From Octopus sinensis (lineage: Eukaryota): a stretch of DNA of 64,000 bases. This document shows positions 25,165 through 37,268 of this stretch, one piece after another. The number at the start of each line of letters is the position of its first letter. The stretch's first letter is position 1. The notes beneath the pieces were generated by a model. It was not told the DNA's origin. It saw only the letters and a list, made by a program, of their open reading frames with translations, and did no database searches. Both the position numbers and the translations under genes were made by a program. The stretch is from contig NC_043008.1 in assembly GCF_006345805.1 (NCBI RefSeq), positions 59,892,001-59,956,000 of the forward strand, in the 5' to 3' direction.

Positions 25165-26426
25165 TATGTGTTAGACTACATAATGGAAACATCACTTTCT
25201 ATTTATCTATGGCAATATGACAAATTCAAAATTCTTCTTCTCTGTATATATATATATACGTCTTCATATGCACTATGTATTTCTTATATTTCATAAAAGA
25301 GACTGCCTTCCTTCTTATTTTTATAAGATATTTATATTTAAATACATTAATATTATCAATGTGTCTGATTTCCAAAGTGGACAAATTTGAAGCACAGCTG
25401 GTTGGTGCTTCAGTCACTAAAGATTCTCTTCTGTTCAATGTTTCAAAAGGAACAGTCTCTAAAATCCTGTTGACATTCCATAATCAAGGTAAGGCCTATT
25501 CTGGTAAGCATAATTATGGGTTGAAGATAAAATTCACTGAAAGATAGCACTGAATAATGGAATATAAGAACCATCTAAAAACCATCAAATTATGGCAGCA
25601 AAAATGATAGTAGAGCTAAACCCTCACCTAGTCTACCTTGTGTCAGCCAAAACTGTTCACTGTGAGCTCCATAAAGCTTGATATCATAGGAGAGGTGCCA
25701 TTGCAAAACCTCTCCTGTCCCCTATCAACACTGCTAAGTTGGTAAAAAATGGTGCCTAGATTATCAGAATTGGTTAATGGCTCAATGAAACAATGTCATA
25801 TCTTCTGATGATCCCTCATTCTTCCTTTTTCGAACTTAGGGCATAAGGCTAGAAAAAACCCAAGAAGCTTTTAACCTTTACTGTTAGACTCTATCCTGAA
25901 GCATGGAGGTGGTTTTGCAATGATTTGAGCAGCCATATTATGGAATTATCATGCCCCTTTAATCGTTCTTCATGTTAGAGTTAATGCCAAGGATTATCTG
26001 GGTATTTTGGTTGATAATGTCTGTCTTGCTACAAACATTGTTTCAAGATGGTAGCACACACTTCCAGAATATTAACGCTTCAGTTCATATGGCTAATGTT
26101 ATTCCAAATTTATTTAACACAAAAGTGAAGTAGACTAATTGCATTGACCCCCCATAATCACCAGACCTCAATATAATTCAACATCTATAATGCATTTTGG
26201 AGCAGCAAGCTTGCAGCCATTTCCCTCTGCCATTGTTACTGAATGATCTAATGCAGGTTATACATGTAGAGTGATTTGAAATTCCTTTAACAATGGTTCA
26301 CAACATGTATGAATCAATTCCTTGACATACTAAAAGTTGTGACTGATGCCAAATTTAGAGCAACTATGTAGTAAATAGTACACCTTCCATTGAACTAGAT
26401 ATTTCCATTATTTTGTTGAACCCCTG
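25165..26426 (+). mobile_element. Decayed, near full-length Tc1-family DNA transposon
   Basis: Right TIR TTTCCATTATTTTGTTGAACCCCTG|TA (26402-26426); decayed left TIR ...GTTAGAC..ATAATGGAAAC. Transposase remnants: LVGASVTK..LFNVSKGTVSK (HTH), KHGGGFAMI*AAI, P*SPDLNIIQHL; many stops and frameshifts. Confidence 0.85.
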
Positions 26427-26637
26427 TATATCTGTCTATGAATTTTTGCATATATAAATGTATACATATTTATGCATGTAACCCTATGTTTATATGTATG
26501 TATGTTTGTATGTATGATGTATGTATGTATGTATGTATGTATGTATGTATGTATGTATGTATGTATGTATGTACGTACGTATGTATGTATGTATGTTTTT
26601 TCTCCCTCTCTTTCTTTATATATGTATATATGTATGG

Positions 26638-26678
<41 letters not shown>

Positions 26679-26743
26679 TATGTACATCTATCTATCTATC
26701 AGTCTACCTATGTATCAATCTCTCCTCATATCTCTTTTGCTAT

Positions 26744-26779
<36 letters not shown>

Positions 26780-26842
26780 AACACATACATACCTACATAC
26801 ACACACACCTATATATATGTGGATATATGTATATATATATTC

Positions 26843-27253
26843 TTTTATTCTTTTACTTCTTTCAGTCATTTTGTCTGTGTCCATGCTGGAGCACCACTTT
26901 TTAGTCAAAGAAATCATCCCCGGAACTTATAATTTGTAAGCCTGGTACTTATTCTATTGGTCTGGTTTGTCAAACTGCTAAGTTACAAGGACATAAACAC
27001 ACCAAAATCGGTTGTGAAGCCATGGTGTAGGGACAAACACAGACAAAAACACCCAAATATACACACACACACAAACACACATGCACATATATATATATGC
27101 GACAGGCTTCTTTCAGTTTCCATCTACCAAATCCACTCAGAAGGCTTTGGTTGGTCTGAGGCTATAGTAGAAGACACATCTCCAAGGTGCCATACAGTGG
27201 AACTGAACCTGGAACCATGTGGTTAGAAAGCAAGCTTCTTCCTACACAGCCAC
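26843..27253 (-). mobile_element. SINE family A, full length
   Basis: Tail-to-head match to the other A copies. Confidence 0.85.
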
Positions 27254-27667
27254 ATATATATATATACATACACATATATTATTATATATATATGCATACA
27301 TATGCACACATATATGTATATTATAAAATGTCTATGTTAAATAAAAAAAAGTAACCGTCATAATATTTGGACTCCTAAAATAAATTGCTCATTGTAATGG
27401 TACAAAGCCACCACAGCCAATATGACATTCCTACAGTTATATTATCTATGGAAGCTCAACTGCACTACAATCTGTTATTTACTTTCCCACCTGTGCAGCA
27501 ATACAAAGTAAATCAATCACACCTGATTTGAAACCCTTATCATGGAGTTTTAATAACAAGGGCCTCCATATGAATTCTGTCCCTCCAACACTTTATATGT
27601 TTCTGCCAGCCTATGGAAGCCTAACTCTATTAGAACTATTATGTTTAACATGTTGACGAAGTTAAAA

Positions 27668-28040
27668 ATGATGACGATGATGATGATGATGCTGATGATG
27701 ATGATGATGATGATAATGTGATTGATGTTTCATGAGAATGATGTCATTTGAGATGATATTGTTGATAATTATAATGATGATGTTAATGATGATGATCATT
27801 TTGATGGTGATGGTGGTCATAGTGCTGAAGATGATGATGATCATGATGATGACAACGATGACGATGGTGGTGGTGATGGTGAAAATGTCAATGATGATGA
27901 CAACAACAACGATGATGATGATGATGATAACAGCATCATGATGGTGAGGATTATGAATCTGATGACAGTGATAACGATGATGACAACGACAATGATGATG
28001 ATGATGATGATGATGAAGATGGTGTTGTTGATAGCAGAAT
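27668..28040. repeat. Degenerate (GAT)n/(GGT)n trinucleotide tract
   Basis: About 370 bp of ATG/GAT/GGT/ACA triplets. Confidence 0.9.
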
Positions 28041-28344
28041 TGTTTTTTTTTATTATATTTATTTTTGTAACAACGGCAAAAAAACATTTCAACAACAATG
28101 AAACAAGAATGGACATCGCAGATCAAAGAAAGCAAAATAAAAAAAAATACAGAACAAAAAAAGTAAAAAAGAATAAAAGAGGAGAAAACAACACAAAATG
28201 TCTGATAAGATGAACATAAATATATAAAGAAATAGGAGAACTAAATAAAAATCAATAATGTCTTCATAAATCTGCTACATTGGTAGATTTAAGAATATAT
28301 TAACATAACATTAACATAATTAAATCTGATTAAGCATGTATTTT

Positions 28345-28590
28345 GTATTGGTTATGACTTTAAACTGTATTGGATAATGGGGCCCTGATTCAGAAGGTCC
28401 AGGGTTTTGAGTAGTCTGGAACCACTTCTTAGCCAAAATTGTTCATATGTCTTCTCTGATTCGAAGTAATAGCATTTTGTTGGGTCCCAGCGAGGGGTTA
28501 AACAATATGTAACCACCTGAGTCAAGTAGGGTATATTGAAATCATGGGATGCAGCATGGTAGGTTTTTAACTGTTTTGGTAAATGACCTT
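28345..28590 (-). mobile_element. Possible decayed LINE AP-endonuclease fragment
   Basis: Stop-free minus frame ...ASHDFNIPYL...EQFWLRSGSRLLKTLDLLNQ resembles the GDFN and T/LDL motifs of APE domains. Confidence 0.35.
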
Positions 28591-28625
28591 ATTGAATCAT
28601 TGGTGTATTTCATTAAATGCTGAGC

Positions 28626-29048
28626 AGACGTAGGTGTGGCTGTGCGGTAAGTAGCTTGCTTACCAACCACATGGTTCTGGGTTCAGTCCCACTGCATGGC
28701 ACCTTGGGCAAGTGTCTTCCACTATAGCCTCGGGCCGACCAAAACCTTGTGAGTGGATTTGGTAGACAGAAACTGAAAGAAGCATATATATATATATATA
28801 TATGTATGTATAATATATATATATATATGTATGTGTGTGTATATATTTGTATGTCTGCGTTTGTCTCACCAACATCGCTTGACAACCGATGCTGGTGTGT
28901 TTATGTCCCCGTAACTTAGCATTCGGCAAAAGAGACCGATAGAATAAGTACTAGGCTTACAATGAATAAGTCCTGGGGTCGATTAAAGGCAATGCTCCAG
29001 CATGGCCACAGTCAAATGACTGAAACAAGTAAAAGAGAAAAGTAAAGA
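28626..29048 (+). mobile_element. SINE family A, full length
   Basis: GTGGCTGTGCGGTAAG head to CAGTCAAATGACTGAAACAAGTAAAAGAG tail. Confidence 0.9.
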
Positions 29049-29829
29049 GATGAATAGACAAGAAACTGTCGACAGCCAGGTTCAACCAGTTCATTCAGCA
29101 AGCAATTGCTCTCATCTGTAGTCAGGGCATTTGCAGATGAATGATTTCAGCTCATGAAAAACCAACGTGGCTTAAAAACCAAGCCAAACATTCAAACCCT
29201 TCCATTCAGTTGGGAAATCTGGCATGGAAGCATAGCTTTGGTCCAGGTAAGTTACCTGATCAGATCATAATGAAGAGTATCTTTGGCTACCAGATCTCTC
29301 TTAACTCACTCCATTTTGTTGGCTGATACTCATTAGATAATGTTTGTGTTTGTTGTTTGAGTTACACTATATTCAAAGAAATACAGATATGTGTTTTGCA
29401 AACACCTTGCACATGCAAGTGCTACTAGTTGAAAGCTCCACATACCGGAAGCCAGAAAGTGTATGGGGTCATCAGGAGAGACTGCATGCCATTTCGGGGC
29501 CTATCTGTTGATGGCATCAATGTGCACCAGCACCCCTCACTGATATGAGGCCCCACTTGCTAGATCAACTGGTTATCAAATAAGTAATACCTTATTTCTC
29601 TAATGTCACAATATTCCAACAACACACTCATTTTCCTTGGATTCTTAATATTTCAGTAAATCATAGGGCAGCAAGCTGGCCGAATTGTTAGCATGCAAAA
29701 TGCTTTGTGATATTTGTCTGTTTTTATGTTCCACACACACACACATACACACATACATACACCCCCCCCCACACACATATATTTTGCAACACATCTAAAC
29801 TAACTATGACTTAACCATCCTCTCACAAC

Positions 29830-29881
29830 GTCTCTGATGAAGGGATATAATTAATAAATATCCTAGAAACAGCTGTAAGAC
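29830..29881 (+). ncRNA. Type I hammerhead ribozyme motif (Penelope-type, palindromic stem III)
   Basis: GTCT CTGATGA A GGGATAT-aattaataa-ATATCCT A GAAA C AGCT G TA AGAC. Confidence 0.75.
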
Positions 29882-29947
29882 CTTCTATCTATAAATGCTT
29901 TAATATCTACACAGCCATAGTTTTTTTATCTTATTACGCAAAAAATT

Positions 29948-29999
<52 letters not shown>

Positions 30000-30029
30000 T
30001 TATGATAAAGGGTTAATTGCAACAAGTTG

Positions 30030-30240
30030 CTCAAAACCACATACCAAAAATATTAGAAATAGCAGCCAAATAGGTCACTATTTCTACTACTAGTAAAAAA
30101 GTCTCCACAAACAAACAGAATTTGTAACCCGTATATGGTAAAGAGAAAGAAGACAATGAATTCCCAGCCTATTGGATTAATTATGGACGAATTCGTTTCT
30201 GGATTAGAATCGAAAGTTCATTTCCTTGTCAACATAATAT
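30030..30240 (-). mobile_element. Penelope-like terminal repeat, diverged relative of 42694-43771
   Basis: Shares AGAAATAGCAGCCAAA, AAAAGTCTCCA and GTTTCTGGATT blocks with the 42694 element; next to (TA)n. Confidence 0.6.
30180..30238 (-). ncRNA. Type I hammerhead motif with UUGACAA core
   Basis: Minus strand ATTATG TTGACAA GGA aat GAA ctttcga TTC taa TCC A GAAA CGAATTCG TC CATAAT: perfect 6-bp stem I, 10-nt palindromic stem III, GUC site. Confidence 0.7.
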
Positions 30241-30841
30241 TTCCTATAAATCTAGAAATGCTGGTTTATATATATATATATATATATATGTAAATGAAAA
30301 AATGTATAAACAAATGATGTAATGTATACTGAATGTAAAAAAGTACATTTGGTATATGTTACATCGTTTGTTTATATATTTTTATTTATCAAGTAATGGA
30401 ATGCAACACACACTGAATTTGTATATATATATATATAATTGTCACTATATTTAGTGATTAGGGTGTTAGAATACTAAGGTTGACTTTGCCATTTATCCTT
30501 TTGAAGTTGATAAGATAAGTACCAGATGATCACTTGGGTCAATGTAATCAACTTTCAACCCCTTCTTTGAAACTTCTGACCTTGTGCCGAAATTTGAAAC
30601 CTATGTTTTAGTAAATCATTCCCTTTTTGAAGATGCACTATATTACTGCTACCTTTTTCCTTAGTATCACAATATTCTACTAAAACATTCTCATTAATCA
30701 ACATCACAATATCTCACTAATATTTCCTCATTCATCAATGTCATAACATTCAATTAACATCTTCGTCAAAAGAAAATTGTTATGTTAATGTCACAATAAT
30801 CCCTTAATTCACTCCCTTTCCTTAGTATCACAATATTCCAC

Positions 30842-31262
30842 GGTGGTGTGAATGTGCAGATAAGAAGCCTGCTTCCCAACCACCTGGTTGTGGGTTTAGT
30901 CCCAGTGTGTGGCACTTTGGGCAAGAATCCTCTACTACTGCCAATCAAGCCTTGAGAGTGTTTTTGGGAGCTGGAAACTGAAAGAAGCTCAGTGTATATG
31001 TAGGCGTTTGATGTTTTGGATATGTGAGATGGGGTTTCTTTGTCTTGACATTGCATTATTGTTGTAAACAAGTGTCACTATCATACATGCGGTGTCTTTT
31101 GTTTCCAGTTTTCCATGAAAACATGTCCAGCTATAGAGAAATATAACCTAACTTGGAAACGAGTGAGGTTTAGTGAAAGGAAGGGCATATGGCCTAATCT
31201 GCCTCAACAAATTTGGTCTGACTCCTGTAAGTATGGAAAAGAGATGTTAAGATGATGACATC
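30842..31262 (+). mobile_element. Hybrid SINE: family A head + RTE/family C-type tail
   Basis: A head and GGAAACTGAAAGAAGC, then a different body ending AGGAAGGGCAT...ATGGAAAAGAGATGTTAAGATGATG. Confidence 0.6.
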
Positions 31263-31885
31263 GTCAATGAAAACAATGACCGGAATAATTTCTACTTGGT
31301 CCTTATTATTTGTGTCTCTATCGTAACTCAAGATTGCAAGAGAACTTGACTTCATGTTTAATGACAATTGTAGTTTTCTCTTTTGGTAACACATTATACA
31401 CTGCTGTCCATATCGATTTTATATATATGTATATATATACGTCCATGTGTATATCTGTCTTTCTGTCTGTGTTTGTTACCTACTACTTGATAACTGGTGT
31501 TGGTGTGTTCACATCCCTGCAACTTAGCAGTTTGGCAAAAGAAGTTGGGGGAATAAGTACCATGCTTTAAAAAAACAGAAGTACTGGTGTCAATGCATTC
31601 AACTAAAGGGTCTTCGAGGCGGTGCCCCTCTGACGATTGAATATCTCTATTACGGGCGTGGCACAGTGGTACTGACAAACATACAAACTACATATTCTGT
31701 AGGGCTCTCATTAATATATCTTTGTATATGTATGTATATGCATATATTTGAATATGTATGTGTGCACATAGGCATGTATATATATATACATGTCTTTGCA
31801 TATGCTTGTGTGTGCATGTAGATTTGCATGTCTCTATGTCTGCCTGTGTGCTTCTATGTATAAGTGTGTGTGTGTGTGTGTATAT

Positions 31886-31918
<33 letters not shown>

Positions 31919-32032
31919 TATACATATATATACGTATATAAATATATATATAAATATATGTATATATATATACAAATATATATAAATATGTGTATATATA
32001 TACAGATATATTATATATATATATATATTATT

Positions 32033-32080
32033 TATCTAGTTTCAGCTCACGAGCTGTGGCCATGCTGGGGCACCGCCATT
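32033..32080 (-). mobile_element. Tail-only (~48 bp) copy of the CR1-group LINE
   Basis: Minus strand AATGGCGGTGCCCCAGCATGGCCACAGCTCGTGAGCTGAAACTAGATAAA matches the LINE 3' end at 2848-2891. Confidence 0.85.
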
Positions 32081-32587
32081 TATATATATATATATATATA
32101 TAGATATATATATATATATCTATATAATATATATATATATACACATATGTATATATATATATGCAAATATATGTATATATATAGGCATACGTATATATAT
32201 GTATATATATATATATACACACACCACACACACACATATATATATAAGAGTATGCAAATATATGATTCTTTCTTTCAAGAGGAAAGTGACAGAAAAAGAA
32301 GATAAAAATATAAAAAGAATAAGATTGTATGACATTAGCAAAGGAAGTGTTGTCGGTGTTGTTTTTCTTTTGCTCTGTCAGTATCCAATTGAGAACCAAC
32401 ATTACCATTTCAAAGAAAGACAACAACAACAATTGGAAAAAAAAAGTAAAGCAACAACAACAACAACAACAGCAACAAATAAGACACTGGTAAGTAAGAA
32501 CCAGAAAAAAAAACTCCTATAAAATCACACAGAAACAGACACAAACTCACACACATACTTGTGTCCACATACACACACACACATTAT

Positions 32588-32620
<33 letters not shown>

Positions 32621-32676
32621 CATATATACATATATACATATATATATATACATATATATATATACATATATATATA

Positions 32677-32720
<44 letters not shown>

Positions 32721-32938
32721 CTATATATATATATATATCTATATATATATATATATATATAGATATATATATATATACATATATAAATATATATATATAT
32801 ATAAATATATATATATATATTATATATATATACATATATATACATATATATACATATACATATATATATAATATATATATATATATCTATATATATATAT
32901 ATCTATATATATATATATATATATATACATCTATATAC

Positions 32939-32971
<33 letters not shown>

Positions 32972-33045
32972 CATAGATATATATATATATAAATATATAT
33001 ATATATAATATATATATGTATCGATATGTCTATCTATCTTTATAT

Positions 33046-33081
<36 letters not shown>

Positions 33082-33918
33082 ATTCACACATATGCAGGCA
33101 CACAAACATACATAAAATAACATAAATAATATGGTTCAGAATAAAAAAACAAAACAATGATAAGACAATCTAGCAAAGATATTGGTTTTGGCAATGGACA
33201 GGAGCTGTAGAGTCTAAAATACTTGGAATGTTGGATAGAATCCGGAATACTCTTCCATTTATCTGACTATTGTGGCAGATTTACAACCAGCTCCCTTACT
33301 GTTCTTCTTTCTTTCTCTCTTTCTGTCTTTCTTTCTTTCTCTTCCTCCCATACTTTCTTTCAATCTAACTTCTTTGTTTTATCTATTCATCCATACTTTA
33401 TATCTTTCCATATCTTGTCATTCTCTTCACTCTCACTTTCTCTCTTCCTTTTTTTTCTCTTTCCCTTTAGTTCCATTTTATTTCCTTTACACTGTAGAAG
33501 ACATCTTAGCTATATAAGAACTCCTACATACATGCTCACAAAAGTAAAAAAAAAAAAAAAACAAACTCTTTCAGTCACTTCTTGTATATTAATGATATTA
33601 TCTATTATGAAGTGTTAAAAAGTTTTGTTGCAATTGCCCACTGACACAATTCCTTTCTCTTTCTCTCTCTCTCTCTCTCTCTTGCTTCATCTTCTCTTTC
33701 TCTTTTTCTTCGTGTTCTAGATGCCTTTTCTGTCACCAACACTTGTATGTGTCTAAGCAAGGTAATATTTTGTCAGGGTCAGACATGTTTACATGGCAGA
33801 TTGAAACTGAAGGATGCTACCTATAAAATAGTGATAGTCGTTTACAAGGAGACAGTAATACACACGCACACAGAGACTCAGACCTCCTCCTCCTCCTCCT
33901 CCTCCTCCTCCTCCTCCT

Positions 33919-34245
33919 CATCATCATCATCATCGTTTAACGTTTGTTTTCCATGCTAGCATGGGTTGGACGGTTCGACTGGGGTCTGGGAAGCCAGGAG
34001 GCTGCACCAGGCTCCATTCTGATCTAGCAGTATTTCTACAGCTGGATGCCCTTCCTAATGCCAACCACTCCATGAGTATTGTTGGTGCTTTTTATATACC
34101 ACCAGCACAGGTGCCAGGGGAGGCTGGCAATGGCCATGATCGGCTGGTGCTTTTTATGTGCCACCAGCACGGAAGCCAGTCAAGGCGTCGCTGGCATCGG
34201 CACGTTTGGATAGTGCTTTTTACGTGCCACCAGCACAGGTATCAG
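33919..34245 (-). mobile_element. Family C copy
   Basis: (CAT)nCGTTTAACGTTTGTTTTCCATGCTAGCATGGGTTGGACGG...GGATGCCCTTCCTAATGCCAACC, plus diverged GTGCCACCAGCAC units. Confidence 0.8.
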
Positions 34246-34376
34246 AACTGCAATTTCTCAAAAGAAAATAAACACATTTATATTTCAAAGACTAATGCCC
34301 AAAAACAAAATAATGTGAATTGCAATTGATGTATTTAAATACTTTGTAGACATGCCTTGTGCTGATATCAGATAAT

Positions 34377-34721
34377 CTTTTCTATTCTAGGCACAAGGCC
34401 TGAAATTTTGGGGGAGGGGGACAATCGATTAGATCGACCCCAGTACACAACTAGGTGGAATTTGAACACAGACTATAAAGACAGGAAATACCTATTTCTT
34501 TACTACCTACAAGGGGCTAAACACAGAGAGGACAAACAAGGACAGACAAATGGATTAAGTTGATTATATCGACCCAGTGCGTCGCTGGTACTTATTTAAT
34601 CGACCCCGAAAGGATGAAAGGCAAAGTCGACCTCGGCGGAATTTGAACTCAGAACGTAGCGGCAGACGAAATACCACTAAGCATTTCGTCCGGTGTGCTA
34701 ACGTTTCTGCTAGCTCACCGC
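34377..34721 (-). mobile_element. SINE family B (tRNA-like head, internally dimeric)
   Basis: Minus strand GCGGTGAGCTAGCAGAAACGTTAG...GAGTTCAAATTCCGCCGAGGTCGACTTTGCCTTTCATCCTTTCGGGGTCGATTAAATAAGTACC; tail GGCCTTGTGCCTAGAATAGAAAAG. Confidence 0.85.
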
Positions 34722-34811
34722 TAAGGATCCAGCGGGCTGACCACCCAAGCTGGTCACCCACATACTGCAGGGTCACAGCAGATGAAAAAGTATCTTGCAG
34801 AGATGTAAAAT

Positions 34812-35421
34812 AAAGGTAAAAGTTACTTTCTCGAATCATGCTGACTCATAAGGGCCAGTTTCCTAGTTTCCATGGCGTAAACATTCCCCACCTGGAGGGG
34901 ACACCTGTCCAGCACAGGATTACTTAATTTTGCCAGCTGAGTGGACTGTGAAATGAAGTGTTTTGCTCAGGAACACAACATGTTCCCTGATCCAGGAATT
35001 GAAACCACAATCTTACCATCGTGAATCTAACACCCTAACCCAGTGTCTCTCAACCTTTTTACCCTTGCATAACCCTTAAAATAAATCACATGTCTCTAGA
35101 AACTCCTGCACACACACACACAAAAAGAAATTATGCACCATATCTTTCTTATATTTATTTCATTGTAGTTCATGTGGTAAATATCATATATTTGTTATAT
35201 TTTTTGATAAGATAATAGGTTAGATATGATGTTGTCTGTATTACAATATTACAATAACCAATAATATGTTGTGCATGTATAATAATATTACGATCATGAA
35301 ATTAGTATTAGCTTATCTCACTCTTTCTCATGGAACCCCTAGAAACCTTTTGCGGAACTTTAGGATTCTGGGAAACCCTGGTTGAGAAATGCTGCCCAAA
35401 CCACTAAGCCATACACCTTGC
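34812..35421 (-). mobile_element. SINE family F, interrupted in its head by a hAT MITE
   Basis: GCCAGCTGAGTGGAC...GAAACCACAATC...CACCCTAACC | insert | CCCAAACCACTAAGCC. Confidence 0.75.
35041..35394. mobile_element. hAT (Charlie-like) MITE
   Basis: TIRs CAGTGTCTCTCAACC / GGTTGAGAAATGCTG; 8-bp TSD CCCTAACC (35033-35040) / CCCAAACC (35395-35402). Confidence 0.8.
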
Positions 35422-35889
35422 AGAGACGGAGGAACTGATTGGGTCACTGCTCCAAGAGCTGCCTGGTTCCACCAGCGCTGATACTGACAAATGGTGGACG
35501 CAGTGATGCATTGTGATGGTGCATAACCCCATACCTGACTAATTAGTAGTGTCTGCACAGATAAAACAGTATAAAGAAAGGCGTCTATTTACTTTTGAGA
35601 TGTCTGTTTATGTAAGCAACAGATTTCATTCAGTTTCTGTGTAAGGCTTTCGTTGGCCAGGGGCCATAGTAGACAACTCTTACTTGGAATACCATGTAGT
35701 GTGATTGAGCCCAAGGCATGTGGCTGGAAAGCAAACCTCTTTAGGCTCAAAGTTGCAACAGCACCCTTATCACTATGTTCTTTTGTAGAAGAGACCTTTT
35801 AACTATTTAAACACACACACACACACACACACACACATGAATCTATTACATTCACTTCTTGAATATTAACAATTCTGTCTAGTATGACT

Positions 35890-36330
35890 TGTTAAAAACT
35901 TACACCATATTTTCCCCAGACACAGTTCCTCTCTCCCTTTCTCTCTCTCTCTCTTTGACTCTCACTCTATGTCTCTCTCTCTCTCTGTCTCTCTCCCCTG
36001 AGGAATGTACAACATCCACGTCAATTTCATTGCTCTCCATTTCCATTTCATTTCTACTTTCTTTCTTTTTCTTTCATTTGTTCATTCTTTCTTTCTGTCT
36101 TTCTTTCATATTTTCTTCGTTTCTCTCCATCTTTCTTTCTTTCTTTCTTTCTTTCTGTTCTTTCTTCCTTTCTCTTTCCTTCTATCCCTACTTTCTTTCC
36201 CCCTTTCATCATTCTTTTCCTCTCTCATTCTTCTATTATTTTGTTGATTTTGTTTCTTCCTTCCTTTTTCTCCTTTCCTTTCATTCGCTCTTTCTTTCTG
36301 TTTATTTTTCTTTCTGTTCTTTCTATCTGC

Positions 36331-36387
<57 letters not shown>

Positions 36388-36730
36388 TTTCTTTCATTCT
36401 TTCTTTCTTTCTTTCTTTCTTCTTTCTTTCTCTTTCCTTCTATCCCTACTTTCTTTCCCCTTCTCATTCTTCCTTTATTTTGTTTTATTTCCTTTCTTCC
36501 TTCTTTTCTCTCCTTTCCTTTCATTTGCTCTTTCTTTCTTTCTTTCTTTCTTTCATTCTCTTTCATTCTATCCCTACTTTCTTTCCCCTTCTCATTCTTC
36601 CTTTATTTTGTTTATTTTCTTTCTTCTTTCCTTTCATTTGCTCTTTCTTTCTTCATCTGTACACACACTTCTACCTATTCAACATTTCCAACAAGCATCT
36701 CTCTCACTCCTTCTCTCTCTCTCTCTCCAT
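35890..36730. repeat. (TTTC)n/(CT)n-rich compound minisatellite with three higher-order units
   Basis: The block TTCTATCCCTACTTTCTTTCCCCTT recurs at ~36180, ~36438 and ~36567. Confidence 0.9.
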
Positions 36731-37225
36731 GTTTCTCTCTTCTTTCTGTTCACCCCCTCTCCTCCCTTTCTCACTCATATCACTCAATTTTTTTCTTATT
36801 TACTTATATTTTTTCATACACTTTATTTTCCAAGGGATCTTTCTGTCCCCTAGAGAGGAAATGATCTCAGAGCAGCTGTTGTGATGTGTTAGCAGTCTTG
36901 ATGGCACTTCCTCTCTGATTTGACCTCAGCAATATCTTTGATGAGCCCAGAGAATTGACAGCATAAACAGATGACTTACAGTAGCAGTCTAGGTCAAGCT
37001 GACCACAAGAAAGCAAACTTTTATATAATAAACAATAGTATAATAAAGAGCAAGTAATTAAACACAAGAAACGAGATGTTCGGATAAACTTATATTCACA
37101 TATGTAAGTTGTGTGGTTATATACTTGTAAATTTGACTCTGTGTGTGTGTATGTGAGAGAGAGTGTATTTACAAGTGTCTTTGTGTCTGTGCATGTGTGC
37201 ATGTATATATGTGTGCAGAGAAATA

Positions 37226-37268
<43 letters not shown>

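Noticed and set aside
27662-28213. His/Met/Ile-rich ORFs
   Set aside because: Trinucleotide repeat artefacts.
35889-36884. 331-aa F/S/L-rich membrane-protein ORF
   Set aside because: Translation of a (TTTC)n/(CT)n tract with no stop codons by composition.
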